From an uncultured virus (IMG/VR IMGVR_UViG_2663763407_000004) (lineage: Duplodnaviria; Heunggongvirae; Uroviricota; Caudoviricetes), in the IMG/VR virus record IMGVR_UViG_2663763407_000004, positions 1 to 64,000 of that record: a stretch of DNA of 64,000 nucleotides, one strand, 5' to 3'. The position numbers were made by a program, and so were the translations under genes. Each line of letters starts with the position of its first letter. The first letter of the stretch is position 1. Positions 29,152-39,528 of the stretch are shown here, piece by piece. The notes beneath the pieces were generated by a model. It had not been told where the DNA came from, did not search any database, and saw only the letters and a list, made by a program, of their open reading frames with translations.

Positions 29152-30776
29152 GCTGGCATCTCCGCCATTGATGTACTCAGAGTGATACGATCAACTTGCG
29201 CGTAGCCCCAGACCTCAATGATCCATTTACGTCCAGTGATTGGAGGCAGTTTCAGGAGCCCATCAATTAAGGTTCCCGGTGGCAAAGACAAGACCGGTGA
29301 GCCATCAACAATCAAATTGACGCCCACGCGTATTGCACTCTCGCTCATAATCCGCAGACATGAAAACGATGTACCCGGTGGGGCAAGAAACGGCTTGCTA
29401 CGCCACGTAATAGGTAAGGGTGTGGTACTAACTTGCGAGATATATAGTTTGTCGCCTTTAATGGTATAGAGCGTATCCGACTCCAGATCATTAAAGGCCG
29501 TATCAAAAACGGTGGTCAGGTGACGGATATCCATCGCTTGTGGATCGAAAATAAATCCGGCGCTGGTTCCTTTTTCCGTCTGGTAAATCGCCAGATATTC
29601 GCCTTCCACCTGCCATGCTTTGATACTTTCAGGATTGAAGTTTTTCCGCCATTGCCGTGGCTCGATAATCTGCTCAGTGGCAACTAATGCATTGCCAGCA
29701 CTATCAACCGATACCAACCCATTGGGTGACGCGTAGAGCGCAAAGCTATCCATACTCACCATGCTGCGGCGGCTGACACAGGCTTGCATCACCGGTAACT
29801 TGGCGTTGGTTATATTGGACGGAGTGATACCACTGAACAGATAAGGCCGCCCTTTGGTTCCCACCACCAGCCCGGCACCAATAGGTGCAATAGCCACAAT
29901 ATCGTGCTCGGTACTTTGCTTGTAATTTTCCGGCCAGGCATAGGGGAGAAACGCCTCAGAGAACATGACTTGGTTACCAGCAAAACCAGCTGCTATACCG
30001 TTTGCCATCAGGCACAAACCAATCATTTCATCTGGCGGCATCAGGAAGTTTTCGGTTTCCAATACCGGCCCAAGTTCTTTATCAAGCAAAGTGTCCTGAT
30101 ACACAAGCACACCAACGTCCAACTCGACCAACAGCAGATAATCAGCAACCCCGCCGCCAGAGGCAGAGCGATAAATGCGGCGGCGGGTGGTATTTGAATT
30201 CTGGCTGCCAGGTGGTTGCAGGGCGAGGTCTACGCTACTGCCGGGGTACACAATGGTCACTTCCTGCGAAACTGGCCCCGGCGGCCCCTCTTCCCCGTAG
30301 CCCGTGACATAGGTTTCAACATAAAAACGGGTATCGTCATCGGTTGGATCATCATCACCATGATCAGCCGGCGGCGTAATCGCAGTCACTTCAATAGGAT
30401 TAACTGGAGCTGGAATGCCCAGCCGAAAACTCACCGCTGGGAAGTTACCCTCTCCTTGAGTCGCTATTTCATTGCTGGTGACCTTGGGATATTTGCCATC
30501 AGTGAAATACACTCGCTCATATTTATCCTGCGCCACCGGGCTGCGGATCGCGTCAACAATGTCAGTCCAGGCAAACCAATAATCATCGCGGTAACGGAAA
30601 ATAGTGGTTGGCTTCAACTTAAATGTTTTCCCACTATCAACATCCGCCATAACCGGAGTAATAACGCCGTGGCGGAAATGGCAGTTTTTAGCAATGGTCG
30701 CCGCTTGCTCTGGCAATAGATGTGGCACCGCCCGTGGCATTTCGCCACGCATGGTAGTGATATCGATAGCTGACAT
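29148..30776 (-). CDS. Tail tube/nozzle protein
   Basis: 542 aa; YVTGYGEEGPP and FSE.FLPYAWP motifs of podophage tail proteins. Confidence 0.65.
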   Translation of the reverse strand: MSAIDITTMRGEMPRAVPHLLPEQAATIAKNCHFRHGVITPVMADVDSGKTFKLKPTTIFRYRDDYWFAWTDIVDAIRSPVAQDKYERVYFTDGKYPKVTSNEIATQGEGNFPAVSFRLGIPAPVNPIEVTAITPPADHGDDDPTDDDTRFYVETYVTGYGEEGPPGPVSQEVTIVYPGSSVDLALQPPGSQNSNTTRRRIYRSASGGGVADYLLLVELDVGVLVYQDTLLDKELGPVLETENFLMPPDEMIGLCLMANGIAAGFAGNQVMFSEAFLPYAWPENYKQSTEHDIVAIAPIGAGLVVGTKGRPYLFSGITPSNITNAKLPVMQACVSRRSMVSMDSFALYASPNGLVSVDSAGNALVATEQIIEPRQWRKNFNPESIKAWQVEGEYLAIYQTEKGTSAGFIFDPQAMDIRHLTTVFDTAFNDLESDTLYTIKGDKLYISQVSTTPLPITWRSKPFLAPPGTSFSCLRIMSESAIRVGVNLIVDGSPVLSLPPGTLIDGLLKLPPITGRKWIIEVWGYAQVDRITLSTSMAEMPA

Positions 30777-30799
30777 AGGGAGTGATTTCCGACAGGCAT

Positions 30800-30870
30800 A
30801 AAAAAAGCCCCACTAAAAAGTGAGGCTTGGCATCTTTGGGTAATTTAGCGCGTTGTTGATAAGAGAGCAA
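30800..30870 (-). promoter_or_regulatory. Late pR'-like promoter + terminator cassette 2
   Basis: TTGCTC-17-TAAATT-acccaaagatgcc, hairpin + T7. Confidence 0.7.
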
Positions 30871-30880
30871 TGGGGTATTT

Positions 30881-30920
30881 ATTTAATTTAAGGCGCATAA
30901 ATTTAATTTAAGGCGCATAA
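30881..30920 (+). repeat. Perfect 20-bp tandem duplication
   Basis: ATTTAATTTAAGGCGCATAA x2. Confidence 0.9.
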
Positions 30921-31077
30921 CGACCAGGCTTCGAGGTAGCGGATATTTTTCAATATATGTGGGAAATATCTGATGTTGTTATATTTTCAGAATTTTGCTC
31001 GCCATAATTGTTTGGAGTAATCATCCAAATCCAATATTCTTGGACGGGGATTAATGTGGTAATAACAAGGAAAAGTT

Positions 31078-31719
31078 ATGGAGACATCAAGATTTATTAA
31101 AGCTATGGCTGAGGGAATCAAATCCATCCCCATGGATTTATATTTGGGGGTTGAACGAACTTTTCAAGATTTGAACCTTTCAGATGGCGGACGATATTAT
31201 CAGCAGCGCAATATGTTTGATGATAAACGTTTTGTCAGTGCTTTTAGTAATCTCATTCGCGATCGATTTATTATCGCTAAGGTGGCTAATATCATCATTA
31301 ATGATACTCTTAGCCGTCTACCCGATGAAACCATACAGCAATTACACCAAGAGCTTATTTATGGTGCAACGGGTAAGGCCACCCGCATGACGGCTCAAAC
31401 GCTGATAGCAGGCCACATAAGTGGTAAGGTTGTCAGTGGCTTAGCTGCTGGGATTACAGTAAAACTTAGTTTAAGATTTGGTACCACCATTATGATTTCC
31501 GGTGTAATGTTTCAAGGGGTTATGGCTCGAGCATGTGAAGCATCTCGAACATTGGCACGAGAGAATCCATCTCTTTTCAATAAGCTAAAACCGGATGACT
31601 ACGATATGCTGTTCTTCCTGTTTGAGAAGCCATTTGAGCGTTTTACTCAACTCAGTAAAATGGCAAAAAATAACCCTTTAGCTTTGAGGCGCTTTGCTGA
31701 TGAAATCAAAAGTTATTAA
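31078..31719 (+). CDS. Moron membrane-associated hypothetical protein
   Basis: Opposite strand to late operon; AAGGA RBS; hydrophobic middle. Confidence 0.7.
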   Translation: METSRFIKAMAEGIKSIPMDLYLGVERTFQDLNLSDGGRYYQQRNMFDDKRFVSAFSNLIRDRFIIAKVANIIINDTLSRLPDETIQQLHQELIYGATGKATRMTAQTLIAGHISGKVVSGLAAGITVKLSLRFGTTIMISGVMFQGVMARACEASRTLARENPSLFNKLKPDDYDMLFFLFEKPFERFTQLSKMAKNNPLALRRFADEIKSY

Positions 31720-31918
31720 TGGGTTACTACGTTTTACCTTTGATATGATTGGGACTATAGTCTCATTTGCAGTAGTAGTAGGACTGGTTGTTGCTTATGC
31801 CTTCTATGAAGGGATAACTGCCTGGCTAGTCGCTATCGGATCCATCATCGGTGGCGCCATACTCTTTTGGTATGTACAAAAATGCAGTGATAAATTCACA
31901 GTAACGAAACAGAAATAA
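31700..31918 (+). CDS. Small two-TM protein (partner of upstream moron gene)
   Basis: Overlaps upstream stop; 2 TM segments. Confidence 0.65.
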   Translation: MKSKVINGLLRFTFDMIGTIVSFAVVVGLVVAYAFYEGITAWLVAIGSIIGGAILFWYVQKCSDKFTVTKQK

Positions 31919-31968
31919 AAGATTGGTAATTGCGAATGGTGATATCTGACATTTTTAGCCAGCTTTAA

Positions 31969-31996
31969 ATAACCGGGCCATTAAGCCCGGTTTTAT
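31969..31996. terminator. Bidirectional terminator
   Basis: aaccgggccattaagcccggtttt between convergent genes. Confidence 0.65.
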
Positions 31997-31999
31997 ATT

Positions 32000-32413
32000 T
32001 TATGCTTCTGTTAGAACAGCATCAGGTGACACTGGCCACTCAATATTCGGCGCAAGAGAAACATCAACGTTTTTCACTACAACACGGTATTGCTTCCACG
32101 CTTTCAAATCAGCACGCAGTTTATCTGGCACATCCTCTTCAGCCTCCTCTAGCCCCTCTATCTCATCAGTAATAGCCCCTATCATGTCAGACGCATGGGA
32201 TAACATATCCTTTTGCTTTTGAATGGCTTCAACAAGCATCTGTTGGACAATTTGCGGGGCAGGGCCGATCAACCATTCGCCATTTTCACTTGCGTAGTAA
32301 GTAGGATCGGGTCGGGGGCCATTCATTAATGTCCATCCGGTGGTATCCGAGAATAGCTCCTCCGGTATAGTCCATTCTTGTGAGTCACCAATAATTCCAT
32401 AATATTTATACAT
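32000..32413 (-). CDS. tfa: Tail fiber assembly protein
   Basis: LKAWKQYRV..NVDVS.APNIEWP C-terminus. Confidence 0.85.
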   Translation of the reverse strand: MYKYYGIIGDSQEWTIPEELFSDTTGWTLMNGPRPDPTYYASENGEWLIGPAPQIVQQMLVEAIQKQKDMLSHASDMIGAITDEIEGLEEAEEDVPDKLRADLKAWKQYRVVVKNVDVSLAPNIEWPVSPDAVLTEA

Positions 32414-32414
32414 T

Positions 32415-34658
32415 TTAATCCTCCGTACTTACGCGAACTCTAAATGGTGCCGATGCAGCCGATCCAGAGGTAATCCCAAAGGGGTTGCCCTCAATGATTG
32501 ATACCGTATAAATCGTAAAGCCAGCCGCCTGTACTATAATCGACTCGTCCGTTCCGGTAGGGCCAATAGTATGAGCCAATGCTCCACTCGATGTGTTATT
32601 TGACCCATTAAAAATCCAAGTTGTGGCCCCCCACTTTCCGGATAGAAAAATCTCAACAATAGCGGTAATCCTGCGACCAGGGAACGGGTTAGCAATTGTT
32701 TTTCTTTGATTAACACCAAGCGTGGCCGGGGCTGCTTCAGTGCCTTCAGGATATAAGATAACGAACTTTTGATGCGCCTCTAATGTCGTGACTCGAGTTG
32801 CCAACAATGTTATTTCAGTCGCCAGCTCCAGTGCATTTATTTGGCCTTCATTGAATGCAGCCCCCGCAAGTTTAATTACCCAACAACCTGTGGAGTTGAG
32901 CATCCGGTTTTCATCTGCAACGAGATATCCAGGAGACTGAGATGCATCAAATAACAAATCCTTTGCACCAATTGCTTGAGTAGTAAGGCCCGCTGTTTTG
33001 TTAGTAGTACCCTTTACAAATGCCCCACCTACAGTAGATATGTCTAATACTGCCCCTGAAGAAGGGGAAAACGCAAAGGAACCCGTGATATTCCTTGCAG
33101 CGTCCATCTGAATAGTGCCGGTAACACCATTTGATTTAGCGCCATCACCACGCCGGACAGGCGCGCCCACACTGCCGGGAGATTTGCCATTTTCATCAGG
33201 TATTCTGAAAGTGGTTGTGCCGTTGCCGCTTGACCACTTCATTCTTTTGAGGGGATCGGCTTGCCATTCAGCCTCTGTAATTACAAGGCCTTTAGCTTGA
33301 GCCGCCGCCCATGCATCTGGGAATAAAGCCCTGCTAAGTTCTTGTCCATCGCGCGGGGCCGTTCCCTCTGGGATGTGTGCGCGGCTTTCTTCCCACCAAC
33401 TGAACAGCAGCGGTAAACCGCCTGCGGGCTTTGCATCTAACTGTTGCTTAGTGACCGCACCTTTCGGGTCTGTCGCATCACCGACTAAAATAAGGGAGCC
33501 TGTTAACGTGCCTCCAGTCGTATCCAGCTTCCCGGCCAACCCATCTGTCAGATCCTGATTGCTGGCCTTGTCTGCAATAGCCTCATCAAACTCCGTCTGG
33601 CTGACTTTCTGATTAATCTGTTGTTCAAGCACTGACACATCGATGCTTTCTGCTGATGCTTTCGCCCTGGCGGCGAACTGTTCCGCTTCATCCCGAAATC
33701 CCTTGGCGGCAGTTTTATCTCCCGCGGCCGCTGTTGCTGAGTTTCTCGCTGCCTCGGCACCGGCCAAAGCAGATTGCTCACTCTGAGCGGCGGCGTTCTT
33801 GCTGCTTTCGCTTTCACTGGCGGATTGGGCGGCACTGTTCGCACTACCGGCAGCAGCAGAGGCTAATTGCCCCACTTCAGTATGCAGTCGGTTAACTTCA
33901 CCGACCTGGGTATCAACCGCTAATTGTGCGGTTTCGGCACCTTCGCGAGCAGCTTCAGCCCGATCTGCATCCGTTTTCACTGCCAGCTTAATTTTAGTGG
34001 CGGTCTGTTCAGCAGCGAGTGTTGATGCTTCGTCTGCTGCTGACTGGGCCTCATTTCTATACTGCAAAGTATTGGCTTCAGACAAAGCCGCAGCCTTGGC
34101 GTTAGCAATAACAACACTCTCACTTTCAAACGCATGAATCGCTGATTTAGCGGCGGCAGCGGCACTGACACCAGACTCATCCCGGTAACCTTGTGCGACT
34201 GCCAACGCAGTGTCTAAATCCGCTGCATACTGTTTTGCTTCGTCACGATAATGGGCGGCGCTCTCTGCCGCATCTGTGGCACTGCTTTCTAAAACCTTAA
34301 TGGTTGCCAGATCATTGGCGACCTGCTGTTGGATTTGCCGAAAATACAGGATCACATCGGGCGTGAGTTCAGACTCCATAATCTGCTGCTTCAGCAATTG
34401 ATTCAGGGTGCTGGGGCCGGTGGTGTTATCCAGCGTAACCGCGCCATAGACAAAACTACGACCATTGGCCGCCACCGTAATAGAGTAGCTACCCTCTTCC
34501 AACTGGATGCGGTATGCACCTGTGTTGTCTGTTCTTACCGTCACTGAAAAAGTATTTAGGACAGTCAGACTATTTGCTACCGCAGTAAGGGTGATTTGTG
34601 CATTGACCACCGGCTCACCCACCGGATTAATCATAATGCCGGAAACAGTTACGCTCAC
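32415..34658 (-). CDS. Side tail fiber protein
   Basis: Stf-like N-terminal domain, Ala/Ser-rich coil, tail collar GNGTTTFRIPD. Confidence 0.88.
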   Translation of the reverse strand: MSVTVSGIMINPVGEPVVNAQITLTAVANSLTVLNTFSVTVRTDNTGAYRIQLEEGSYSITVAANGRSFVYGAVTLDNTTGPSTLNQLLKQQIMESELTPDVILYFRQIQQQVANDLATIKVLESSATDAAESAAHYRDEAKQYAADLDTALAVAQGYRDESGVSAAAAAKSAIHAFESESVVIANAKAAALSEANTLQYRNEAQSAADEASTLAAEQTATKIKLAVKTDADRAEAAREGAETAQLAVDTQVGEVNRLHTEVGQLASAAAGSANSAAQSASESESSKNAAAQSEQSALAGAEAARNSATAAAGDKTAAKGFRDEAEQFAARAKASAESIDVSVLEQQINQKVSQTEFDEAIADKASNQDLTDGLAGKLDTTGGTLTGSLILVGDATDPKGAVTKQQLDAKPAGGLPLLFSWWEESRAHIPEGTAPRDGQELSRALFPDAWAAAQAKGLVITEAEWQADPLKRMKWSSGNGTTTFRIPDENGKSPGSVGAPVRRGDGAKSNGVTGTIQMDAARNITGSFAFSPSSGAVLDISTVGGAFVKGTTNKTAGLTTQAIGAKDLLFDASQSPGYLVADENRMLNSTGCWVIKLAGAAFNEGQINALELATEITLLATRVTTLEAHQKFVILYPEGTEAAPATLGVNQRKTIANPFPGRRITAIVEIFLSGKWGATTWIFNGSNNTSSGALAHTIGPTGTDESIIVQAAGFTIYTVSIIEGNPFGITSGSAASAPFRVRVSTED

Positions 34659-35308
34659 TGTCCACCTCCCTGATACTGCGCTTCTTTCAATTGCTGGGCG
34701 AAGCTCTCTGAGTTCTGTTTAACCCCCAACTGGTCGCTGAATGCCTGGTAATGCTGCATGGCTAAATTGAGATTGGCCCCTGCATCGCCATCCTTACTAA
34801 ATGAACGAAACAACATCCAATCTACCAACGGATTCACATAGAGCTCATCAATCGGTACCGGCGTTTTATCCGCCAGATCATTGATAGCAACCACAGTTGG
34901 AACTCTGGCAACGACCGCCTCGATATCCGTAGGCTGAGTGGCACCGGGAAACAGGTAATACACTTTGGGAGTTAATTCGTTATAGGTATAACGCTCAATT
35001 GAACCCGTCATCTGATGCCAGTCAGGATATTGGCTATCCAGAACATCGCGAGGTACCGGCCTTAATGCCCTGCCATCGACTAAACGAATCATCTCAATTA
35101 AGCGGATAGCGCCCTCCGGCAACCTCTGTTTGGTTCCCACTTCCGTGGTCATCACTTCAGTCGTAGCACCTGCATCTGGCCTTGCCAGAATAATGGCCCG
35201 GATAGCATCATTGTAATAATCACATAGCTCCGCCAACGGCCAGCGCAGCCATGCAGTATCTTTGAGCTGGGTGTTAACCCGCCCAATAATCTCGGCAATG
35301 GTGATCAT
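34655..35308 (-). CDS. Head-tail adaptor-like virion protein
   Basis: Position after capsid genes; RWPLAEL..Y.NDA motif. Confidence 0.6.
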   Translation of the reverse strand: MITIAEIIGRVNTQLKDTAWLRWPLAELCDYYNDAIRAIILARPDAGATTEVMTTEVGTKQRLPEGAIRLIEMIRLVDGRALRPVPRDVLDSQYPDWHQMTGSIERYTYNELTPKVYYLFPGATQPTDIEAVVARVPTVVAINDLADKTPVPIDELYVNPLVDWMLFRSFSKDGDAGANLNLAMQHYQAFSDQLGVKQNSESFAQQLKEAQYQGGGQ

Positions 35309-35904
35309 TAGAAGAACTCGTGTTTACGAACAGGGTTATTGAAGGCGGTGATCGGGGAGTTATCCAGCGCCTCACGGAATGCCCGACGATAACCATCGAC
35401 AAAGCGCACCCCGAAGTATTGTGAACGCTGCGGATCCGTCCACGGTTTGCCCGGCATGATAAATAAATCTTCCAGCGCACCAATGGCGATCACATCAGCG
35501 TAATCATCTGCCAGTACATCCGGTACTTCAGTCACATCACGTTTGGGTTCAATAGCAAAATCCACCGTCACTTTGGTCAACGGCTGATTGAAGATGATTT
35601 GATTGGCAGACTTGACGGTAAATTCAATGCCTGCCGTCAACATAATACCCGGCGCACTGGCATTACTAAGCTGATTAGTGAGGTCAACTACCCGTAGCCG
35701 CTTGACGCATTTCACCAGCTCACTGTCCGTCAGGATATAAGTCGTGCCCGGAGTAATATCATTAAAAGTGACCGCGTCACGGCAGAGTAATGACTCACGA
35801 CAAAAGGTGATCGCTGCTTCTAATGCGGCCTGTTTCATCATGATATCCAGCGGGCCGCTGATATGCTTTCGTATGCTCGGCAGAAATGCGTCAAGTGTTG
35901 CCAT
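35308..35904 (-). CDS. Adaptor-like virion protein
   Basis: Coupled ORF; AAITFCRES..MPGKPWTDP. Confidence 0.6.
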   Translation of the reverse strand: MATLDAFLPSIRKHISGPLDIMMKQAALEAAITFCRESLLCRDAVTFNDITPGTTYILTDSELVKCVKRLRVVDLTNQLSNASAPGIMLTAGIEFTVKSANQIIFNQPLTKVTVDFAIEPKRDVTEVPDVLADDYADVIAIGALEDLFIMPGKPWTDPQRSQYFGVRFVDGYRRAFREALDNSPITAFNNPVRKHEFF

Positions 35905-35906
35905 CG

Positions 35907-36359
35907 TTATTCAGCCTCAGTGCTAGCCGCGTTCTTGGCCTGAATTGCTTCACGAACACGAGCGCGGAAATCATCAACCTTTTCCTGGGCACCCTGCTTG
36001 ATATCCAGATCTTCAGATTCGACTAAGGTGGCCAGTTGAACAGAAGTCAGTTTGGCAATATCAACCTCATCGCTACCGATCTTCAGGACAAAACTATTTT
36101 TTGCAGCCTCAAGTTTGGCTTGTGCTATAAGTTGCGCAGCCAGATCTGCATGTTCTTGCTCTGAGGCTTGTTGCAGATTGAGCGTACTTTCCAATTCATC
36201 GTGTCGAATAAATACTGTTGGGAAATCCAGCAGTTGATGAGCAATGGCACTTTCAACATCAACCGGTTTATGGCGCGGGAATACCAAGCGGCTACCGGTA
36301 ATGGTGTCACGTTTTTTTTCTTTTGGGCCAATATAGACCACTGCGATTTTATTAGGCAT
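35907..36359 (-). CDS. Phage hypothetical protein
   Basis: GGAG RBS; head module. Confidence 0.6.
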   Translation of the reverse strand: MPNKIAVVYIGPKEKKRDTITGSRLVFPRHKPVDVESAIAHQLLDFPTVFIRHDELESTLNLQQASEQEHADLAAQLIAQAKLEAAKNSFVLKIGSDEVDIAKLTSVQLATLVESEDLDIKQGAQEKVDDFRARVREAIQAKNAASTEAE

Positions 36360-36432
36360 AGGAAACTCCAGATAGCAGATAGCAGATAGCAAAAAGCCCA
36401 CCGAAGCGGGCTTAGAGGGGAATAATATGGAA

Positions 36433-36816
36433 TTAGTAACCGACAGCTACGTACAAGATGTTAACGACCAAACGGCCATTTGCCGCACCACCGGCAATTA
36501 CCGCAGTCACTTTCTCGCCTGCTGCTTGCGTGCTGTAAGGGACAATTGGCACATTCTTTGCGACAGCAGCGGTATGGCTAGCAGCAGCCACTAATGAGGT
36601 GGTTCCGCTCTTAACCTCTACGGTTACACCTGCACCAAGCGCTTCACTGACCACACTCACACCATAGATTCGCATACCAATAGGCAATTCCAAAAACTCA
36701 ATCACATCACCGGCAGCAGCATCTTTCAAAATAATCTGCCCTTCAGCCAGCGACAGGTTTCCTTGCGGGCCTTGATATACCGCATCGCCAATAGAAGGCG
36801 CTTTAATAATGGTCAT
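36433..36816 (-). CDS. Putative capsid decoration protein
   Basis: Beta-rich 127 aa immediately after MCP. Confidence 0.55.
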   Translation of the reverse strand: MTIIKAPSIGDAVYQGPQGNLSLAEGQIILKDAAAGDVIEFLELPIGMRIYGVSVVSEALGAGVTVEVKSGTTSLVAAASHTAAVAKNVPIVPYSTQAAGEKVTAVIAGGAANGRLVVNILYVAVGY

Positions 36817-36893
36817 AACATTTTTCTCCAGACAAAAAGAGAGCAGACCGAAGTCTGCCCCTTGGGGTATTAGCGTATTGAATTACTGAGGGA

Positions 36894-38117
36894 TTACTTG
36901 CCCAGAGTGACCGCTGAATCCACGACCATGACGCCGTGGTCATTGACTCGGCCATCTTTCTGTTTGAAGCGGATCTTCTTCAAACCGTTAATCCAGCGGA
37001 TAGAGACTTCAGTCCCGTTGCCATGGTCCACTTTCTCTTCGTTGTAACCGAAGAAACCGCCGCCATCGCCAGTACCGTAAGCGTTAGCCAGTGCCTGGCC
37101 GCCCAACAGCATAGCGCGGTCAATAGTGGTGCCAGTGGTGATGATCTTGGTTGATGCCGCCAAGTCATTATTGGATACCAGCACCTTAGAACCCGTATTA
37201 AAGCGGACTGGCGTACCGCCATATTTCCGCACCAGCACGTTGCGCCACATGGCACATTCGCCTTTGAATAGCGGGTGATCAAAGCCCTTAGAACGCTGCA
37301 CTGCTCGGGTCATCATGGCTTGCCAGTCTTTACCGGACGTTGAGGTATACCAGTCATTCCACTGGCGCGGTGTCACGTAGAGAACAAAGTACGGATCTTC
37401 GTTAGCCAACTCATCTTTAGACATGCGGATCGGCTGTAACGGGTGAGCCATTTCATCAAGGAACAGGGCGATGTTATCGACAGTGGCCAGCGTGAACAGG
37501 TCCGCTGCATCCAAGGTTTCCATGGAGGTGGCATCACCAGAATAGAAATGGCGGTCATAGGTTGGCGGCAACACATCGTTAATCATGATTTTGCCAAATT
37601 CACCATGATCAGCCAGTGGCACGATGGTGTCATCGGCCATGTAATCGCCACGCGCCCCCGCCAGATGGAAGGTCGCAGACTGATCCTGCACATCATTGAA
37701 GTAGGTCCCCAGCAAGGTGCGGGCAGTCTTATTCAGGTTGTGCTTGAAGCGCTGCTCAGACATCTTGCCACCAGCATCAACCAGGTGGCGGCCTTGGTTA
37801 ATCTTCAGTGAGAAATCTGCGAAGGCCAGATTTTCACCGCGACCAGCCAATTTCTCATCGCCCATAGTTGGACGCTTAGACAGTTTGTGGACGATCTGCA
37901 TATCCACTTCATCACCTTTCTGCTTTTGCAGGTCAGTGATACGCACAACTGGCGCATTGTGGCTGGTTTGAGTGGTGCCTTTCTTATCAGGATTGACCGA
38001 CTTCGGCGCTTCCTGTTGTTCGGTTAACACGTTAACAAATGAGCGGTTGCGGTTTGCCGCCGTGAACAGCGCGACCTGCATCAGCTTATTCGCTTGGGCA
38101 GAGGTGATAGTCGTCAT
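36894..38117 (-). CDS. Major capsid protein (N4-gp56/933W type)
   Basis: MTTITSAQANKLMQVALFTAANRNRS N-terminus characteristic of 933W-like capsid. Confidence 0.85.
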   Translation of the reverse strand: MTTITSAQANKLMQVALFTAANRNRSFVNVLTEQQEAPKSVNPDKKGTTQTSHNAPVVRITDLQKQKGDEVDMQIVHKLSKRPTMGDEKLAGRGENLAFADFSLKINQGRHLVDAGGKMSEQRFKHNLNKTARTLLGTYFNDVQDQSATFHLAGARGDYMADDTIVPLADHGEFGKIMINDVLPPTYDRHFYSGDATSMETLDAADLFTLATVDNIALFLDEMAHPLQPIRMSKDELANEDPYFVLYVTPRQWNDWYTSTSGKDWQAMMTRAVQRSKGFDHPLFKGECAMWRNVLVRKYGGTPVRFNTGSKVLVSNNDLAASTKIITTGTTIDRAMLLGGQALANAYGTGDGGGFFGYNEEKVDHGNGTEVSIRWINGLKKIRFKQKDGRVNDHGVMVVDSAVTLGK

Positions 38118-38176
38118 AGATACTCCATAAATAAAAAACCCGCCAAAGCGGGTTGAGGTTTAAGTCAATTGGATTA

Positions 38177-39259
38177 CTAGATTGCCTGGTCTAACAACGC
38201 CTCAATTTGGGCATCAGTCATACCGGCAAACATTGCCTGTAACTGATCTGGAGAAGCATTAGCAGCCTGCTCCAAGGGCGAAGCTGTATGAGTCGTTGTT
38301 ACACCGAGATCTGACGGTGAGCCAGGTACTTGAGTCGCCGCAGTTGCAGCGGCTAGTTTCTCAGCAGCAATCCGTTGCACATCTGCGGTGGTCTGCGTGG
38401 CCGCAGTGGTGGTGGTGGTCGTAGCCTGCTCTTGTTGAACCGGTTCGACCGATTCACCGTAGGCAGCCTTAGTGCGTTTCGCTACTTCCGCAAAGCGCTC
38501 AGTTAAAGACTTGTCTTTCCATGCAGGGTCATTTTGCAGATTAGTATCAATGTGTACCGCCAGTGTGAAGCGGTCAGGGTCTTGATCCTGCCATGACTTC
38601 AAATCAGGTACGGCATTCATGGCATCTGCAACTGGATTACCGCTCGGCTGATGGGTAGCTTGTGCTGGCTGGCCTTGTTGCAGGTAATCGATTTTCTGCA
38701 CCACGGTGTCCAGCACTGCCGCCATCTCAGGAAAGTTTTCACGGATGAAATTGATTTGCTCAGGGGTAACCTGTGCTTTTTCAGGTAAGGGAACGGGCTG
38801 CATACCAGCAGAGTTGATTTGTCGCGTTAACGCTGCCAGTTGGCGTTTCGCTTCAGCTAACTCCGTTGCCGTTTGCTGATTGGTGCCTGCTAAGCGCTGT
38901 TTTTCAGTCCGCTCGGCCACCAGCACATCGTAAGGAATGACGTGCTGACCGTCTTTGCTGAGAATACCTTTTGGCTTATCAGTGCCTTCAGTTGTTGCCG
39001 CTGGCGTGGTTGCAGCCGTTTTAGTGATTGGCACTTCCGTGGTTTGTGCTGTAGTCGCGCCCGGCGTCAGCTCGTCTTTCTTATCGCCCGTATTGACTAC
39101 TGCATTGGTGTCTTCAGTACTATTGTCCGTAACGACAGCAACTGGGGTAGTCGTTACCGCTGCTGTATGTGTTACATCAGAAATATCCACATCACCAAAT
39201 CCATCGATCAGCGCTTCCAACTCTTCTGGCGTTTCATTACCTGTTAATTCAATGTCCAC
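38177..39259 (-). CDS. Putative scaffolding protein
   Basis: Acidic, T/A-rich coiled-coil between portal and MCP. Confidence 0.65.
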   Translation of the reverse strand: MDIELTGNETPEELEALIDGFGDVDISDVTHTAAVTTTPVAVVTDNSTEDTNAVVNTGDKKDELTPGATTAQTTEVPITKTAATTPAATTEGTDKPKGILSKDGQHVIPYDVLVAERTEKQRLAGTNQQTATELAEAKRQLAALTRQINSAGMQPVPLPEKAQVTPEQINFIRENFPEMAAVLDTVVQKIDYLQQGQPAQATHQPSGNPVADAMNAVPDLKSWQDQDPDRFTLAVHIDTNLQNDPAWKDKSLTERFAEVAKRTKAAYGESVEPVQQEQATTTTTTAATQTTADVQRIAAEKLAAATAATQVPGSPSDLGVTTTHTASPLEQAANASPDQLQAMFAGMTDAQIEALLDQAI

Positions 39260-39439
39260 GTTATGACTCCTGCATGACTATTTACCGGATAGATCCGAAT
39301 GAGAAAGGCGTATCGCTGCCCATGCGAATAAGCACTCTTGGATAAGAGCGCTTAGCGGCATGAACCTTGATGGTAGAAAAAGAAAAGCCCACGAATTGTG
39401 GGCAAGTAATTCAGATGAAAATCAGAGATACCAGAAAGC

Positions 39440-39525
39440 AAAAAGCCCCGCGGTTAGGCGAGGCTTAATTCAGTGCAATGTAGTGCATCTTTCGGAAATT
39501 TAGCGCGTATTTTGCAGGCATGCAA
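39440..39525 (-). promoter_or_regulatory. Late pR'-like promoter + terminator cassette 3
   Basis: TTGCAT-17-TAAATT-tccgaaagatgc, then aagcctcgc..gcggggctttt. Confidence 0.7.
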
Positions 39526-39528
39526 TAG

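Noticed and set aside
33600..34300. Ala/Ser-rich repeats in tail fiber
   Set aside because: Ordinary Stf-type coiled-coil stalk
36371..36391. GATAGCA x3 microsatellite
   Set aside because: Short intergenic slippage repeat with no evident function
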